Numbered from the stretch's first letter, positions 17,368 to 26,052 are shown. The stretch: 64,000 nucleotides of DNA from Dehalococcoidia bacterium (GCA_965116355.1 OZ220679.1:23819-87818); one strand, 5' to 3'. Notes: generated by a model not told the origin, from the sequence alone. Translations and numbers: made by a program.

Positions 17368-20300
17368 GTGACGGACAACTACGCCGAGCTGCACGCCAAG
17401 AGCTTCTACTCCTTCGGCCTGGGCGCGTCCCACGTCCACGAGCTGCTGGCGCAGGCGGCGGAGCACGGCGCCCCGGCCCTGGCCCTCACGGACACCAACC
17501 TGTGCGGCGCGCTGGAGTTCGCTCGGCTGGCCGGCAGCCTCGGCGTGCGGCCCATCACCGGCGGGGAGCTGACCCTGGCCGACGGCGCGCGGATCGTGCT
17601 GCTGGCGAAGACGCGCGCGGGCTACGCCAACCTCTCGCGCCTCTTCACCCTCGCCAACGGCGTCGACCGCCGCGAACCCCGGCTGGACCCGGCCCACCTG
17701 CCCGACTACGCCGAGGGGCTTGTCCTGCTCACCGGCGGGCGCGACGGCCCGGTGTCGCGTCTAGCGACGGCAGGCCGGTTCGACGCGGCCCGCGCGCTGC
17801 TGCGCGACTACGCATCGTGGTTCGGATCTGCTGGTGTGTACGTGGAGCTGCACCAGAACTTCCTGCACGGGGACACGCTGCGCAACCGGCTGCTGACGAC
17901 GCTCGCGCGCGAGACCCGTCTGCGCATCGTGGCCACCAACGACGTCCACTACCACGCGCCGGAGCGGGCGCGGCTCCAGCACGCGCTGGTGGCGGCGCGG
18001 CTCAACACCACGCTCGACCGCGCCCTGCCTCACCTCCGCCCGAACCACCACCTCCACCTGAAGGACGCTGCCTCGATGTCCCAGCTCTTCTATGAACGGC
18101 CGGACGCCGTCGCAAACAGCCTGCGGATCGCGGAGCAGTGCGCTTTCGACCTGGCCACGGGGCTGGGCTACACCCTGCCGCACCCTGCCGTACCGGAGGG
18201 GCACACGCCGGAGAGCTACCTGCGCCGCCTCTGCGACGAGGCCGCCATGCGCCGCTACGGCTCGGTCCCGCCGCAGGTGGAGGAGCGCCTGGACGAGGAG
18301 TTCCGGCTGTTCCGCCGGCACGGGCTGGCGGGCTTCCTTCTGCTGTACCGGGAGATCGGGCTGCTGGCCCAGCGCATCATGGAGGAGCGCGGGCTGGCCC
18401 ACCCGGAGACGCCGCTGGAGGAGCGGCCGCCGGGCCGGGGGCGGGGGTCGTCCGTCGCCTTACTCACCGGCTACCTCATCGGCATCAGCCACGTGGACCC
18501 GCTGCGGTGGGGTCTCACCCTGGAGCGGTTCATCCCCGAGGACATGACCATGCTGCCGGACATCGACCTCGACTTCCCCCGCACGCTGCGCGACGAGCTC
18601 ATCGGGCGAGTCCACCGGCACTTCGGGCCGGAGTACGCGGTGCTCGCCGGGGCCATCGCCACCTACTCGGTGAAGGGCATCGTGCAGGACCTTGGGAAGG
18701 CGCTGGGGCTGCCGAAAGACGACCTGCGCCTCCTCTCCAAGCAGCTCGGCTCCCACGACGCCTGTGACCTGCGGGGCGAGATGCTGGCGCTGCCCGCCTT
18801 CCGCGAGCGGGTGGACGCTCCGGGCTGGCGCGACCTGCTGGCGCTGGGGCCGCAGCTCATGGACGCCCCGCGAATCCTCGGCCAACACGTCGGCGGCATG
18901 GTCCTCAGCGACGCGCCCATCCCCGCCATGACGCCCGTGCGGGCCGGGGCCACCGACGACCGCTACATCATGGACTGGAACAAGGACAGCGTGGCCGACG
19001 CGGGGTTCGCCAAGATCGACCTGCTCTCGCTGCCGGTGCTGGACCAGATCGAGGAGGCGCTGGACCTCATCGAGGCGCGGGAGGGTCTCCGTCCGGACAT
19101 CAGCCGGATCGACCCGGAGGACCCGGCGGTGTACGACATGATCAACGCGGGCCGCTCCAAGGGCGTCTTCCTGCTCCAGTCGCCGGCGCAGCTGAAGATG
19201 GGGCAACGGCTGCGCTCCCGGTGCCTGCTCGATCTCGCCTATCAGGTGGCCCTCATCCGGCCCGGCGTCGGCGTGCAGGGCAGCGCGGTGTCCCAGTTCG
19301 TCGAGCGGTACCGCCACGGGGCGACGTGGGACTACGACCACCCGCTGGAGGAGCGGGCGCTGGAGCGCGGCTACGGCATCATCGTGTGGCAGGAGCAGGT
19401 GGTGCAGCTCCTCATGGACGTGGCGGGGATGACGGCGGCCCAGGCCGACGAGGTGCGCCGCGCCTTCGCCAGGCCCAACGGCGCGCACCTGATCGCCATG
19501 CACCGGCGGCGCTTCCTGGAGGGCGCGCGGCGCAACGGCGTGCCGGAGGACGTGGCGGATCGGATCTTCGGCAAGGTGAACGGTCACTACATGTTCCCGG
19601 AATCCCACTCCCACGCCTTCGCCGTCACCGCGTACCAGGCGTCGTGGCTGAAGCGCCACCACCCGCTGGCGTTCTTCGTCAGCCTGATGAACAACCAGCC
19701 GATGGGCTTCTACCCGGTGGAGACGCTGAAGGAGGACGCCCGGCGTTTCGGCGTGCCCTTCCGCAACCCGTGCGTGAACCGCAGCGGCGAGCGGTGCAGG
19801 CCGGAGGACGGCGCCGTGCTGCTGGGGCTGGCCTTGATCAAGGACGTGGGCGAGACCTCGGCCCGGACCATCGTGGAGGAGCGGGAGCGGCACGGCCCCT
19901 ATACGGAGCCTGCCGACCTGGTGCGGCGCACGGGGCTGAAGCCGCAGGCGGTGCAGTCGCTGGCGCTGGCCGGGGCCTTCGACGCCCTGGTCCCCAACCG
20001 CCGCGAGGCCCTGTGGCAGGCGGGCCTCGCCACGCGCCCCAACGGGCGGGGCCGCCGCGCCTTTCCCGTCTCGACCGACGACCGCGTTCCCCCGCTGGCG
20101 GACTTCTCCCCCTTCGAGCGCATGGCCGGCGAGTACCGGGTCATGGGCGTCTATCCGAAGGGCCACCTGATGGAGTTCGTGCGGCCCACGCTCGACAGGG
20201 ACGTGCTCCCCACGTCGGCGGTGGAGTCGCTCCCGGACGGTGCGGAGGTCCGCGTGGCGGGCTGGCCGGTGGCGCGGCAGCACCCGCGCGGGCGGGAGGG

Positions 20301-20514
20301 GACGGTGTTCGTGACGGTGGAGGACGAGACCGGGGACGTGCAGCTCATCGTCTGGCCCCACGTCTTCGCCCGCAGCGGGCGGACCCTGGGCAGCCGGGTG
20401 ATCCTCGCGTCGGGCGTGGTCTCGCGCTACGACGGCACCGCCAACATCATCGTCTCGGACGCGCGGCCCGTGCGGACGGGCGTCGCCATGCCGCCTGCCC
20501 ACGACTGGCGATAG
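17368..20514 (+). CDS. dnaE2: Error-prone DNA polymerase III alpha-type subunit DnaE2
   Basis: PHP N-terminus YAELHAKSFYSFGLGASHVHELL...ALALTDTNLCG, a Pol III alpha core, and an OB-fold C-terminus. The GTG start at 17368 has GAGGG upstream. The 16747 start in the track adds Arg/Gly/Pro junk that overlaps imuB. Confidence 0.9.
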   Translation: MTDNYAELHAKSFYSFGLGASHVHELLAQAAEHGAPALALTDTNLCGALEFARLAGSLGVRPITGGELTLADGARIVLLAKTRAGYANLSRLFTLANGVDRREPRLDPAHLPDYAEGLVLLTGGRDGPVSRLATAGRFDAARALLRDYASWFGSAGVYVELHQNFLHGDTLRNRLLTTLARETRLRIVATNDVHYHAPERARLQHALVAARLNTTLDRALPHLRPNHHLHLKDAASMSQLFYERPDAVANSLRIAEQCAFDLATGLGYTLPHPAVPEGHTPESYLRRLCDEAAMRRYGSVPPQVEERLDEEFRLFRRHGLAGFLLLYREIGLLAQRIMEERGLAHPETPLEERPPGRGRGSSVALLTGYLIGISHVDPLRWGLTLERFIPEDMTMLPDIDLDFPRTLRDELIGRVHRHFGPEYAVLAGAIATYSVKGIVQDLGKALGLPKDDLRLLSKQLGSHDACDLRGEMLALPAFRERVDAPGWRDLLALGPQLMDAPRILGQHVGGMVLSDAPIPAMTPVRAGATDDRYIMDWNKDSVADAGFAKIDLLSLPVLDQIEEALDLIEAREGLRPDISRIDPEDPAVYDMINAGRSKGVFLLQSPAQLKMGQRLRSRCLLDLAYQVALIRPGVGVQGSAVSQFVERYRHGATWDYDHPLEERALERGYGIIVWQEQVVQLLMDVAGMTAAQADEVRRAFARPNGAHLIAMHRRRFLEGARRNGVPEDVADRIFGKVNGHYMFPESHSHAFAVTAYQASWLKRHHPLAFFVSLMNNQPMGFYPVETLKEDARRFGVPFRNPCVNRSGERCRPEDGAVLLGLALIKDVGETSARTIVEERERHGPYTEPADLVRRTGLKPQAVQSLALAGAFDALVPNRREALWQAGLATRPNGRGRRAFPVSTDDRVPPLADFSPFERMAGEYRVMGVYPKGHLMEFVRPTLDRDVLPTSAVESLPDGAEVRVAGWPVARQHPRGREGTVFVTVEDETGDVQLIVWPHVFARSGRTLGSRVILASGVVSRYDGTANIIVSDARPVRTGVAMPPAHDWR

Positions 20515-20564
20515 TCTGAGCAGCGATAGCTTCCGCTTGCCCTCCTCGCTACAATGAGTGTGCT

Positions 20565-21194
20565 ATGTGCGGACGATACAGCCTGATAGCAGACTTGGGG
20601 GATCTGGCGCGGCGCTTCGAGTTCGACGGCGACTGGGACGCCTTCGACAAGCGGCACAACATCGCCCCCACGCAGGGTGTGCTCACGGTGCGTGGCAGCG
20701 CGCCCCGGCACGCCGAGATCATGCGCTGGGGGCTGGTGCCGTCGTGGGCCAAGGACCTCAAGGTGGGCAATCGAATGTTCAACGCGCGCGGCGAGACGGT
20801 GGCCGAGCGCCCCGCATTCCGCACTGCCCTGCGCCGTCGCCGCTGCCTCGTGCTGGCGGACGGCTTCTACGAGTGGCAGAAGGTCGCCGGCGGCAAGCGC
20901 CCGATGCGCATCACGCTCAAGTCCGGCGAGCCGTTTGCCTTCGCGGGGCTGTGGGAGACGTGGCGCGACCCCTCCGGCGTAATCATCCCTTCCTGCACCA
21001 TCATCACCACCTCGCCCAACGAGCTCATGGCCCCCATACACGACCGCATGCCCGTTATCCTGCCCCGCGAGCTGGAGGACCTCTGGCTTGACACGGAGCT
21101 GCAGGACGCGGCGTTGCTTACTGACCTGCTCGTCCCCTACCCGGCGGAGGCGATGGGAGCGGAGGAGGCGACTTTGCTGGGTGCGGGGCGCTAG
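20565..21194 (+). CDS. SOS-response-associated peptidase (SRAP / YedK / HMCES family) abasic-site processing protein
   Basis: N-terminal MCGRY (Cys2 nucleophile) and ...HNIAPTQ...MRWGLVPSWAKD...FNARGET... A TACAAT box sits at 20550-20555. Confidence 0.9.
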   Translation: MCGRYSLIADLGDLARRFEFDGDWDAFDKRHNIAPTQGVLTVRGSAPRHAEIMRWGLVPSWAKDLKVGNRMFNARGETVAERPAFRTALRRRRCLVLADGFYEWQKVAGGKRPMRITLKSGEPFAFAGLWETWRDPSGVIIPSCTIITTSPNELMAPIHDRMPVILPRELEDLWLDTELQDAALLTDLLVPYPAEAMGAEEATLLGAGR

Positions 21195-21505
21195 GGGAGT
21201 TGGGAGTTTCAGACTCTCACTGGTGGAGTTGGCGTGGACACATGCAGCACTTAGCTTGGCGACTCGAGAGCTTCCGCCCAAGAATGCCTAGAATACTCGT
21301 GGGTTCGGAGTTAGTGCCTCAGCAAAGTTGACGGTCAGGAACTATAGCTGCCACGGTCGGTTTCGAGCGGACACTCCTTCCGCCAAACTCGGCGCTGAGC
21401 TAGGGAGCGTTCGAATGAAATGGCGTGGCCAGTTTGAAATCAGGCTCAAGCAGTTGGCCGATATGTGGTAACGCGACTATATCGCTTGAGTCTAGTTTGG
21501 TGGCG

Positions 21506-21991
21506 TCAAACGTTCAATTGCCGGAGCCGAAGTGCCAATCCGTGCCCGGGAACCAGACACCTCAGATCGTTGTGCATTGCTTCGAGCATCGCCATGACCT
21601 GGGGTGTCGATAGACTGCCGGCATCCAGCATGCTGTTGACGACCCACAGCGCATCGCGATGAGCAATCCCTTGGATTGCGCGACGCTGCGCATGGTCCTG
21701 TCCTCCGTCAGCAGGGGCCATCCTATTGCGAGAGCGAATGAATCCACCAAGTTCAGCGCCGGTCGCTCGGACTGGTTGGCGATGGCCGTTCCCAAGTCTT
21801 CGGCATCCATAGACTCCACCCTAAGTCCAAAGTCGAGGAGGTCCTGTCCGATGTACGCACTGAGGTCTATCGGCTCCTCGTGAAGGTCAGGCACCGCAAC
21901 CCGAAGCTAGAGATGGAACATCCTATCCAGCACCCCTCGCTTTGAGGACTCGATCAGGATGGAGCTGTCGCTGACGAGGACCCTGATCCAT
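21506..21991 (-). pseudogene. Decayed PIN-like (DUF4411/DUF3368-type) toxin gene downstream of the XRE-ImmA gene
   Basis: The PIN-like N-terminus (I)RVLVSDSSILIESSKRGVLDRMFHL is followed by an in-frame TAG (21907-21909). It continues as LRVAVPDLHEEP...LVDSFALAIGWPLLTEDRTMRSVAQSKGLLIA. A frameshift near 21670-21690 leads into ...HRDALWVVNSMLDAGSLSTPQVMAMLEAMHND. The only nearby ATG (21989-21991) is out of frame. Confidence 0.65.
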
Positions 21992-23048
21992 ACCCCTGTG
22001 CCACCGACCCAGCCATGATGGCTTCGATATCGCCGACTCTCAGTCTGAGCAACTCTGCAGCCTTTGATTCCGAAATCTCATTTTCTGCTAGAGCTCTTAA
22101 ACACAGGCGGCGAAAGCGCGTGGGGATCTCCTCTCGTTCGAGAGGACATGGTTCATCGGTCCTCCAGCTGCTTCCAATGCCGCTGAATATGTCCTCATAC
22201 GTGTATTGGGTGATGATGCCCAGTTCACGCATTCGGACCACCAGAGATGCGGCGCTGATGCCGAACATCAGCTTGATCTCGACAAGTTCAGCGAAGCCGA
22301 AGTTCAGTCGTCGCCGTCCCACTTCACGCACTAGTTCCTCCTCGGGTGCAAGGAAGGCGCCGGCAAAGCGATTGCAGGCTTTCTCTTCCTGGACATCCGA
22401 TGGGATGCGCAGAAGCAGGTGTCCCAATTCGTGGGCGATGGTGAACCGCTGGCGTTCGAGAGACTTGGTCGTGGAGCAGACTACGACGGGGACGTCGGCT
22501 CCACCCAACCTGCGGACGCGAGAACTCAGGCCATCCACCGATCCAGGCAAGCTGAACTTGAACACCTTGATGCCCCGCTCCTCTAACAAAGCGGTGATGT
22601 CCGGTATAGGCCCACGACCAAGATTCCACGCGACCCGAATGGAAGCGGCTGCCCACTCCGTATCTTCGACAGTGGTGATTTGGTAGGGCGCTCCGTCCGG
22701 CTCCTCCAGCCCTGCGGTGTCGATCCCCAGGACCTCTTCCACCTGCAGATAGCGGTCAACGTGATCGAGGACCTTTCCCTCCACTGCCGCTCGGTCTCGG
22801 GCCCTGGTGGAGGCCAGCTTCCTGAACTCTACCGACTCCAGGGAGACCGTTGACGGGCTCAAGAGGTGACTCAAGGGCACATCCAGGGTTTCGGCCAGGG
22901 CAATGGCCACGGCTGAGCTCGGCACCATCTCTCCTCGTTCGTACTTGCCGATTGCCTGAGCCGACACAATGCCTCCCATGACTGCGGACAAGGACCGCAG
23001 CGACAAGCCGCTGCGCTTTCTGGCGAGCTTGAGACGTTCGCTTAACAT
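21954..23048 (-). CDS. Fused XRE-family HTH / ImmA-IrrE (COG2856) zinc-metallopeptidase regulator
   Basis: HTH LKLARKRSGLSLRSLSAVMGGIVSAQAIGKYERGEMVPS and the HEXXH motif FTIAHELGHLLL. The SD AAGGAGG sits 5 nt upstream of the ATG at 23048. Confidence 0.85.
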   Translation of the reverse strand: MLSERLKLARKRSGLSLRSLSAVMGGIVSAQAIGKYERGEMVPSSAVAIALAETLDVPLSHLLSPSTVSLESVEFRKLASTRARDRAAVEGKVLDHVDRYLQVEEVLGIDTAGLEEPDGAPYQITTVEDTEWAAASIRVAWNLGRGPIPDITALLEERGIKVFKFSLPGSVDGLSSRVRRLGGADVPVVVCSTTKSLERQRFTIAHELGHLLLRIPSDVQEEKACNRFAGAFLAPEEELVREVGRRRLNFGFAELVEIKLMFGISAASLVVRMRELGIITQYTYEDIFSGIGSSWRTDEPCPLEREEIPTRFRRLCLRALAENEISESKAAELLRLRVGDIEAIMAGSVAQGYGSGSSSATAPS

Positions 23049-23062
23049 GGACCCCTCCTTTC

Positions 23063-23101
23063 GGTTTACATCTTTTGGTACAATGAGCTAGATTGTAAAC
23101 C
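23063..23101. promoter_or_regulatory. Candidate operator: 8-bp perfect inverted repeat GGTTTACA-N23-TGTAAACC containing TACAAT boxes on both strands
   Basis: The arms are at 23063-23070 and 23094-23101. TACAAT is at 23079-23084 (+) and 23097-23092 (-). The site lies in the divergent region between the XRE-ImmA gene and the six-gene operon. Confidence 0.5.
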
Positions 23102-23297
23102 AGGGTGCAAGGGGTGTGGAGACCAGATCCTTCCGGGTTGGCACCCCTGGCGCGGCAGGACAATAGACGAGTCAATGGAGGAGGAACTGACAGGATGACC
23201 CGCGGCCGTACAACCACCGCACGTTCGATGAGCGCGGGGACAGCGCTGTCATCGGCATCGACGGATTCCCCGAACGCCGCCTCGGAGGTGCGTCGAC

Positions 23298-24806
23298 ATG
23301 TCTGAGCGGACCACCAAAGGGCGCCTTATCGTCTTCGAGGGGCCGGACGGCGTCGGCAAGTCGACACTTTCTCTTGCCCTCGCCGATAGGCTCAGGGCAA
23401 TGGGTCTTCCCTGCCAGCACCTGTCCTTTCCGGGGAAGGATGCAGGAACCGTTGGCCGCCTGGTCTATGGCGTCCACCACGACCCAATACGGTACGGCAT
23501 ACAGGAGATCACAGCCGCAAGCCTGCAGGCCCTTCACATCGCCGCACATCTGGATGCGATTGAGCGGCGTATCCTTCCGGACCTCAATGAAGGTCGTTGG
23601 GTCATTCTCGATCGCTTCTGGTGGTCCACCTGGGTCTATGGGCGTGCCGCAGGGATCGACAGGACGACTTTGGACGCCTTGATCCAGGTGGAGCGTCTCC
23701 ACTGGAATGGTGTTCAGCCCGATGCCGTCTTCCTGATAGATCGGTCCAACGACTTCTTCGACAGTGACAACCGGTTGCAACTCCGGGAAGGCTATGAGGT
23801 CCTCTGCGGAGACGAGAAGACCCGGTACCCGGTCCATCAGGTCCAGAACGACAAGTCGGTCGACGAGTCCATGAATCGCGTGCTTGAAGCGCTTCGAGGC
23901 CTTCTTCCCGACGCTGTGGGCAGGAACGCGCCGGCTGAGGACAACTCTACCCCGGCACAGACCGGGCAGTTGCCTCTACTGTCGCATGACGGGAGAACCC
24001 CGTCGGTCGCCACTGAGCTGAGAGGCGCCCGCCCAACAGTTGTCTACGGCAGCTACTGGAGGTTCGCGGCAGAACGGCAGGAGATCTTCTTCCGCAAACT
24101 GGAAGGATGCCCCGCTCCGTGGACGGACGACCCCATCATCGCCAGGCACAAGTTCACCAATGCCTACAGGGCATCGGACCGCGTAAGCCAGTTCCTCATC
24201 AGGCATGTCATTTACGAGGGTGAACAGAGTCCGGAGGAGGTGTTCTTTCGTACAATCCTCTTCAAGCTCTTCAACAAGGTCGAAACGTGGGAGATGCTAC
24301 AGGGTCAGCTATCGGAGATATCCTACGCCGACTACTCCTTCGAGAGATACGACCAGGCGCTCACCGAGGCCCAGGCTTCCGGCGCAAGAATCTACTCGGG
24401 GGCATACATGATGCCGTCGGGGAGGAGCTCTTTTGGCCATACCCAGAAGCATCGCAACCACCTCTTGTTGCTGGAACGGATGATGGGGGATGAGGTGCCA
24501 CAAAGGATCGCCAGCGCACCAAGCATGGAACAGGCCTTCCAGATTCTCAGGTCGTACCCGACCATAGGCGATTTCCTGGCTTACCAGTTCGTGACGGACC
24601 TCAACTACAGCACTCTCACCGATTTCTCCGAGATGGAGTTCGTAGTTCCGGGACCTGGCGCGCTGGATGGCATCCGCAAGTGCTTCAGCGACCTTGGCGT
24701 CCTGACCGAGGCGGACGCCATCAAGGCCGTCACGGAGATACAGGAGCAGGAGTTCGAGAGACTTGGCTTGAGGTTCCGGTCCTTGGGAGGGCGGCCCTTC
24801 AACTGA
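23298..24806 (+). CDS. Thymidylate-kinase-like P-loop kinase fused to a large helical C-terminal domain (architecture of 5-hmdU-DNA-kinase / DNA-hypermodification kinases). Probably frameshifted near the 3' end, with the reading frame continuing to 24994
   Basis: Walker A FEGPDGVGKST and Tmk-like DRFWWSTWVYG. The C-terminal domain has YWRFAAERQEIFFRKLEG..PWTDDPIIARHKFTNAYRASDRVSQFLIRHV. The -1 frame after about 24795 encodes LIDCQNLFCEVSKYARVKHPDIRGV...YWYPPKWG and ends in an ATGA overlap with the next gene. Confidence 0.65.
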   Translation: MSERTTKGRLIVFEGPDGVGKSTLSLALADRLRAMGLPCQHLSFPGKDAGTVGRLVYGVHHDPIRYGIQEITAASLQALHIAAHLDAIERRILPDLNEGRWVILDRFWWSTWVYGRAAGIDRTTLDALIQVERLHWNGVQPDAVFLIDRSNDFFDSDNRLQLREGYEVLCGDEKTRYPVHQVQNDKSVDESMNRVLEALRGLLPDAVGRNAPAEDNSTPAQTGQLPLLSHDGRTPSVATELRGARPTVVYGSYWRFAAERQEIFFRKLEGCPAPWTDDPIIARHKFTNAYRASDRVSQFLIRHVIYEGEQSPEEVFFRTILFKLFNKVETWEMLQGQLSEISYADYSFERYDQALTEAQASGARIYSGAYMMPSGRSSFGHTQKHRNHLLLLERMMGDEVPQRIASAPSMEQAFQILRSYPTIGDFLAYQFVTDLNYSTLTDFSEMEFVVPGPGALDGIRKCFSDLGVLTEADAIKAVTEIQEQEFERLGLRFRSLGGRPFN

Positions 24807-24990
24807 TCGACTGCCAGAATCTATTCTGCGAGGTGTCCAAGTATGCCCGGGTGAAGCATCCAGATATCCGTGGGGTGAGCGACCGCAAGCGCATCAAGCA
24901 GTTCTACCTTCCTTCTGGAACGCCCATCGCTTACTGGTACCCTCCGAAGTGGGGCATCAATAACCTGATTCCTTCTCCAGGAGGGTCGAC

Positions 24991-26052
24991 ATGATTACGC
25001 TCTTTCAGGGTGCGACTGCCGATGAGGTCTGGCAGCAGGCGGCACAGGCGTTTCGACGGCGGGACGGAGTCGCCGTTCAAGATGGGAGAGGTGGGCCGAC
25101 ACGGGAAATCCTTCATGCTGCCATCTCGATAGCGGACCCACGGCAGCGCTGGGTGACGTCGAGACAGCCAGTATTGAACCCTGCCTTTGCTCTCGCCGAG
25201 GTCGTGTGGATCATGACTGGTCGCAATGACCTGGCATTCCTGGAATTCTGGAGTAGGGAGTACAGGAAATATGCTGGGGACGGGCTGGAGCTCCACGGGG
25301 CGTACGGGTATCGCATACGTAACCATCTCTCCATAGACCAGTTGGACCGGGCATTCCGAGCCCTATCGAACAACCCCGACACGAGACAGGTCGTCCTTCA
25401 GATCTGGGACTCCGAAGTCGACCTGCCCAACCCTGATGGGACGCCGGTAGATTACGACATCCCCTGTAACGTCATTTCGATGCCCAAGGTCCGCGACGGG
25501 AAGTTGGAGTGGCAACAGGTGATCCGTAGCAATGACGTGTTTCGTGGCCTTCCGTACAACCTCGTCCAGTTCACCAGCCTGCAGGAGATATTGGCCGGAT
25601 GGTTGAACGTCGAGTGTGGCACGTACAACCAGCTCAGCGACAGCCTGCATGTCTACGAGGGGGACACGGCTAACGTGCTAGCCTCTGGCCCTCCGCCAGA
25701 CGTCGCCCTCAACACCGACAGTCTGGCGCTTCCCAGGGATGAGTCAGACCAGGTGTTCAAGGAACTCGAATGGCGCGTCGAGAAGCTGATCGACCCAGAC
25801 CTAGCGTCCGGGGCGCTAAGAGGAATGGCATCCTGGGATTCAGCCCCCGAAGCCTACCGGAACATCATGACGGTCCTTGCTGCCGAGACCCTTCGACGCC
25901 GGGGCGACACGGATTCGGCTGTCGAGGCCATGACCACCTGCACCAATCCTGCATACCGGCAACTCTGGGCGTGGTGGCTCGCCAGGACATCTGGAGGGAA
26001 GCATGGAGCCGGTTCACCCTCCGGCGCCGAGGTTGGACCGAGGAGCCGCTGA
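24991..26052 (+). CDS. Divergent thymidylate-synthase-fold enzyme (ThyA / pyrimidine hydroxymethylase family)
   Basis: NPAFALAEVVWIMTGRND, HGAYGYRIR, DQLDRAFRALSNNPDTRQVVLQIWD, catalytic-Cys context DIPCNV, RSNDVFRGLPYNLVQF and SDSLHVYEGD. It has a C-terminal extension of about 90 aa relative to canonical ThyA. Confidence 0.8.
   Translation: MITLFQGATADEVWQQAAQAFRRRDGVAVQDGRGGPTREILHAAISIADPRQRWVTSRQPVLNPAFALAEVVWIMTGRNDLAFLEFWSREYRKYAGDGLELHGAYGYRIRNHLSIDQLDRAFRALSNNPDTRQVVLQIWDSEVDLPNPDGTPVDYDIPCNVISMPKVRDGKLEWQQVIRSNDVFRGLPYNLVQFTSLQEILAGWLNVECGTYNQLSDSLHVYEGDTANVLASGPPPDVALNTDSLALPRDESDQVFKELEWRVEKLIDPDLASGALRGMASWDSAPEAYRNIMTVLAAETLRRRGDTDSAVEAMTTCTNPAYRQLWAWWLARTSGGKHGAGSPSGAEVGPRSR

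Noticed and set aside
570-20502. Many long ORFs antisense to, or out of frame with, the called genes. Examples: 570-1424(-), 8147-9004(+), 9098-10330(-), 9898-11751(+), 11828-12919(-), 15875-17323(-), 18460-20502(-). Further on: 33725-35644(+), 44126-45271(+), 47523-49229(+), 53025-54674(+).
   Set aside because: These are typical high-GC artefacts. Their translations are Arg/Gly/Pro/Ala-rich with no recognisable motifs. Each fully overlaps a gene with clear family signatures on the other strand or frame.
21395-21425. A GTTCGAAT T-loop-like string (gggagcgttcgaatgaaatgg), considered as a possible tRNA or tRNA-fragment att site at the island border.
   Set aside because: No complementary T-stem, acceptor stem or anticodon arm can be drawn around it. 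It is probably a chance match.
24991-26052. The simple reading of genes A and B as an ordinary thyA-tmk dTTP-synthesis pair.
   Set aside because: This is kept only as the null hypothesis and is not fully excluded. Both proteins are strongly divergent and carry large extra domains. They sit in a lower-GC operon with TIR and Nmad2-like genes under an XRE-ImmA regulator. That placement is not how housekeeping thyA and tmk are normally organised.
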